Assembly: GCF_011745625.1 (NCBI RefSeq)
Contig: NW_027191506.1
Coordinates: 58,021 to 78,020 of the forward strand
Reading direction: 5' to 3'
Length of the DNA: 20,000 bases
Source: Cladosporium halotolerans
Taxonomy: Eukaryota
In this document: in pieces, positions 18,201 to 20,000 of the stretch
Numbering within the stretch: the first letter of the stretch is position 1
How the letters are laid out: each line of letters starts with the position of its first letter
Position numbers and translations under genes: made by a program
The notes under the pieces: model-generated
What the model saw: only the letters and a program-made list of their open reading frames with translations
Told to the model about the DNA's origin: nothing
The model's database searches: none

Positions 18201-19961
18201 GTGTACTTGCTGCCGGCGTTCATCAAGCGGAACCACCTGCACGTCATCATCACCCCCCGACTCGCCCTAAAGGACGATCTCTACGGAAAAGCATGTGAGC
18301 TCAAACTCCGTCCGAGTCGGTTCGAGGACGCGGTAACATACGACAGCAACCTGATTTTCTGCTCGGTGGAAGACCTCGACTCGCAAGGGCTGAAGCAAAT
18401 CATCGGCAGGCACAAGACGCTTGGAAGGGAGGTCACCATTATGCTCGACGAGGCGCACCTGTTCTTGATCGAGGCAACGTTCCGAGTCCAGCTTCGCAAC
18501 CTCATCACCATTCTGCAGTACAAAGCCGACGTGGTGTTCATCACCGCCACTCTCCCGCGGCCGCTCCTGCAGCTCCTCAACACGACGTTCGGCATCGCCA
18601 ACTTCAACAGCATCATCCGGGGTAGCAGCAACCGAAGCGACATCAGTTATCGAAGGGTGTACTACAGCGCCAAGGGAGACCGAGACGAGGTCGTTCGCGA
18701 GACGATCCGGGATATCGAGCGGGGAGACGACGACGTCCGAAACAAGGTCCTGATTTTCGTCACGAACAAGAAGCAGGGAGAGGATCTCGCGGAACTGTTG
18801 GGAACGGACACCGTCTACTCCGGCAAAAAAGACCTTCAACGGATCCTGCGCGAATTCCTCGAGAGCAAAACGCAAAGGTCACTGGTAACGACATCGGTCC
18901 TCGAGGTGGGGATCGATATCAAACAGATCAAGTACACGATCAGCGTCGAGCCGATCCATAGCTTGACTAGCGTCGTGCAATCCAGTGGACGGATCCGTCA
19001 GCGAGGGGTCAGCTACATCGTCTGCCAGCAGCCGAGCAAGAACAGTCGGAATCGGATCCAGCGGGATGCAAACGTGCGGCGAGAGGTTCGGGACATTGAC
19101 GATTTCAAGGAATTGGACCGGTCGTGGTACGGATTGCTGACTGTGGAAGAAGGCTGCCTCCGGACACCAATCAGCCAATTCTTAGACCACGTGCCGTATC
19201 GGTGTCAGGGCCATAGGGACGATCTCTGCTCGCTTTGCGTGGAGAACGAGCGGGTGAAGGAAGAGGGGCGGAAGAGGGAGGAAGGTGTAATGATGGAGAG
19301 ACGAAGCCGCTGGTTGGATCTGGAGGAGAAGCTGCTGCAGCTCAAGGAAATGTACTGCATGTACTGTGTGCTGGATCCGTACAACACCAGCAACAGCATC
19401 AACCACGCGGGGACAGAATGCCGAGCGATGCAGGGGGACAAGAAAATGAAGCTTGTACGTGGGCAGGTGGAAGGTGAGCTCCGACAGCAAAGGTTACCAC
19501 CGCACGAGTGCGGATGCATTCAGTGCCTGATACCGAAGAACATATGCTTGAAACAACAGGAGAACAACGGACTGGGGGAGGGAGAATGTTTGATGGGGCG
19601 ATTCCTGGTGGAAACGATGGCGGTGCTATTCCGTTTCCAAGAGCGGACGGAAGGGGCGATCGCCGGCCTACCAAAGCGGACGGAAGACTTGGGGGAGTTC
19701 GTGAAGAGGTTGATGGCGGCTCGGGGGTGGTTTACACTTAAAACAGTGCGATTAGTGGAGGTACTAGGAGGGTTGGATATAGTAGGGATGATAGAAGCGA
19801 TTGAAACCAAAGAAGAAGGGGAAGAAGGGGAGGAGGGACAGGTAGAGGAGAGGGCTTGGGTAGGACGGGGACGAAAGAGGCGGGCGAGCACGATGGGCAA
19901 GCCTAACCAAAAAGCAGCGGAGGGGAACACTTATCCCCAGCTAACCCCAAGTCGGCGCTAA
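15300..19961 (+). CDS. Copy F: uninterrupted ~1553-aa C2H2 + tyrosine-recombinase-like + RecQ-like helicase + Cys-rich protein (TLH-like)
   Basis: CTTC...HLKQRH, CREC...HFQSHH; SGGPLRGTEL, YNK, LQAWRK, QANRTTQVSFNHY; RTGSGKS, DEAH, TAT, TSVLEVGIDI, QSSGRIR; CLR...C...CSLC, CMYC, CIQC. First ATG at 15300. Confidence 0.92.
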   Translation: MESDNLAATYAFNDLLRSTSKLCSLSFYQKHIPCAPVQVVNDSSICYSQDLKLLLCTTCSKVQSRDTTIRHLKQRHRTEYSRLKKALKSIQDEISRLPINAAEAISISHNKYYFSCLPITFDNFKCRECAYVDINRKNVRNHFQSHHSCHIKSTKSTNQRADYVLENIPLQVLEGFPNNKKICFIPRLPVLQTDTPSTQPEVATPQPGNSRPHFLAEDVRTAILNAHEKSIEERECEQSYNDAASNNKKLLNSFLTNSNLLDFLQEKDRDILVDLISTPTSTNLKLEKDLDLELLEANILSFMLEAHKHIPHLTRRLRQLLRTEDVSKSYKEMKDFIQLTRPEPHFKKYCRLATFIIRVHLIQENYKEASSDTIKSKYFDATEHIHLSEETRTFIKRLMDLGIKPIQDDTDQEYTPALRSIVARLFHSLLKDQIHLKVKENNTFRNSVVFFYFCNILHPQTKEVLDSPMVSKIASIFIYNSRLMFLAYYYAVEDKHVLNEHDMNRMYEKEVRKYLSNDSKNYFEELTQIRAFSLKLAKQHKSTTYTIKESPAGTVEFNGVPYPIEHIKNFFMRLGVQLEGQLKSKLLFVNHLDTLGIDFSRIEDTPLLNKTGQSIVDTPQLERFKSWFLQELVKGDSEHNRFFVKDVRGGRIRFKQSSVQRFLADLNTFTELLANAINLYSGGPLRGTELNLILYKNTSIKDRSMLYNKDAGMFFVKTDYNKTNNITRKERVSYRYLTPVLSRIVIIYVAAVLPLRDYIYRQHYRDEQYDNPYLLGRNQGAVSSYSISIRLQKETSTSFRKGLSLQAWRKIINFIIKTKMHASPLDPDDSSDSSDDEDLVEDKQANRTTQVSFNHYFNSEFFVNSTVTPKDLSALREFSIRYFNYFNLLDDLQPTDQKYSRITMSTDPGPVEMVTLDNRGVLQRLRRLYGDPNANFFNNEQRKCVSQVLSGRPYITYINRTGSGKSLVYLLPAFIKRNHLHVIITPRLALKDDLYGKACELKLRPSRFEDAVTYDSNLIFCSVEDLDSQGLKQIIGRHKTLGREVTIMLDEAHLFLIEATFRVQLRNLITILQYKADVVFITATLPRPLLQLLNTTFGIANFNSIIRGSSNRSDISYRRVYYSAKGDRDEVVRETIRDIERGDDDVRNKVLIFVTNKKQGEDLAELLGTDTVYSGKKDLQRILREFLESKTQRSLVTTSVLEVGIDIKQIKYTISVEPIHSLTSVVQSSGRIRQRGVSYIVCQQPSKNSRNRIQRDANVRREVRDIDDFKELDRSWYGLLTVEEGCLRTPISQFLDHVPYRCQGHRDDLCSLCVENERVKEEGRKREEGVMMERRSRWLDLEEKLLQLKEMYCMYCVLDPYNTSNSINHAGTECRAMQGDKKMKLVRGQVEGELRQQRLPPHECGCIQCLIPKNICLKQQENNGLGEGECLMGRFLVETMAVLFRFQERTEGAIAGLPKRTEDLGEFVKRLMAARGWFTLKTVRLVEVLGGLDIVGMIEAIETKEEGEEGEEGQVEERAWVGRGRKRRASTMGKPNQKAAEGNTYPQLTPSRR

Positions 19962-20000
19962 CGGCAAGCGGCTACTGGATTTCCGTTTTGAGTAGCATTG

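Noticed and set aside
7178..19961. Helitron, or host SGS1/RecQ repair gene
   Set aside because: No HUH Rep motifs or PIF1-type helicase seen; multi-copy truncated arrangement and upstream YR-like domain do not fit housekeeping RecQ.

Overview
Eukaryotic DNA from a filamentous ascomycete, judged from GT-AG introns with CTAAC/CTAAT branch sites, RIP-type CpA/TpG depletion and TTAGGG repeats. I found no ordinary host gene. Nearly the whole window is an array of at least 7 complete or truncated copies of one diverged gene family: N-terminal C2H2 (DUF3505-like) zinc finger, then a tyrosine-recombinase-like domain (R...K...xxxR...H/R-x8-Y), then a RecQ-like SF2 helicase and Cys-rich C-terminus, resembling fungal telomere-linked helicases (TLH). 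The copies have sharp junctions that truncate one another and 5' leaders with palindromes, iterated motifs and a short TTAGGG seed, which suggests a self-targeting YR-helicase mobile element. Two copies (1235-4758 minus; 5642-6733 plus) are almost free of CpA/TpG yet keep long open frames, with RIP-sensitive codons retained mainly at the start codon, zinc ligands and conserved Gln. A 1041-nt tract with no cytosine on the + strand follows one near-complete copy. All domain assignments come from motif reading by eye, not database searches.
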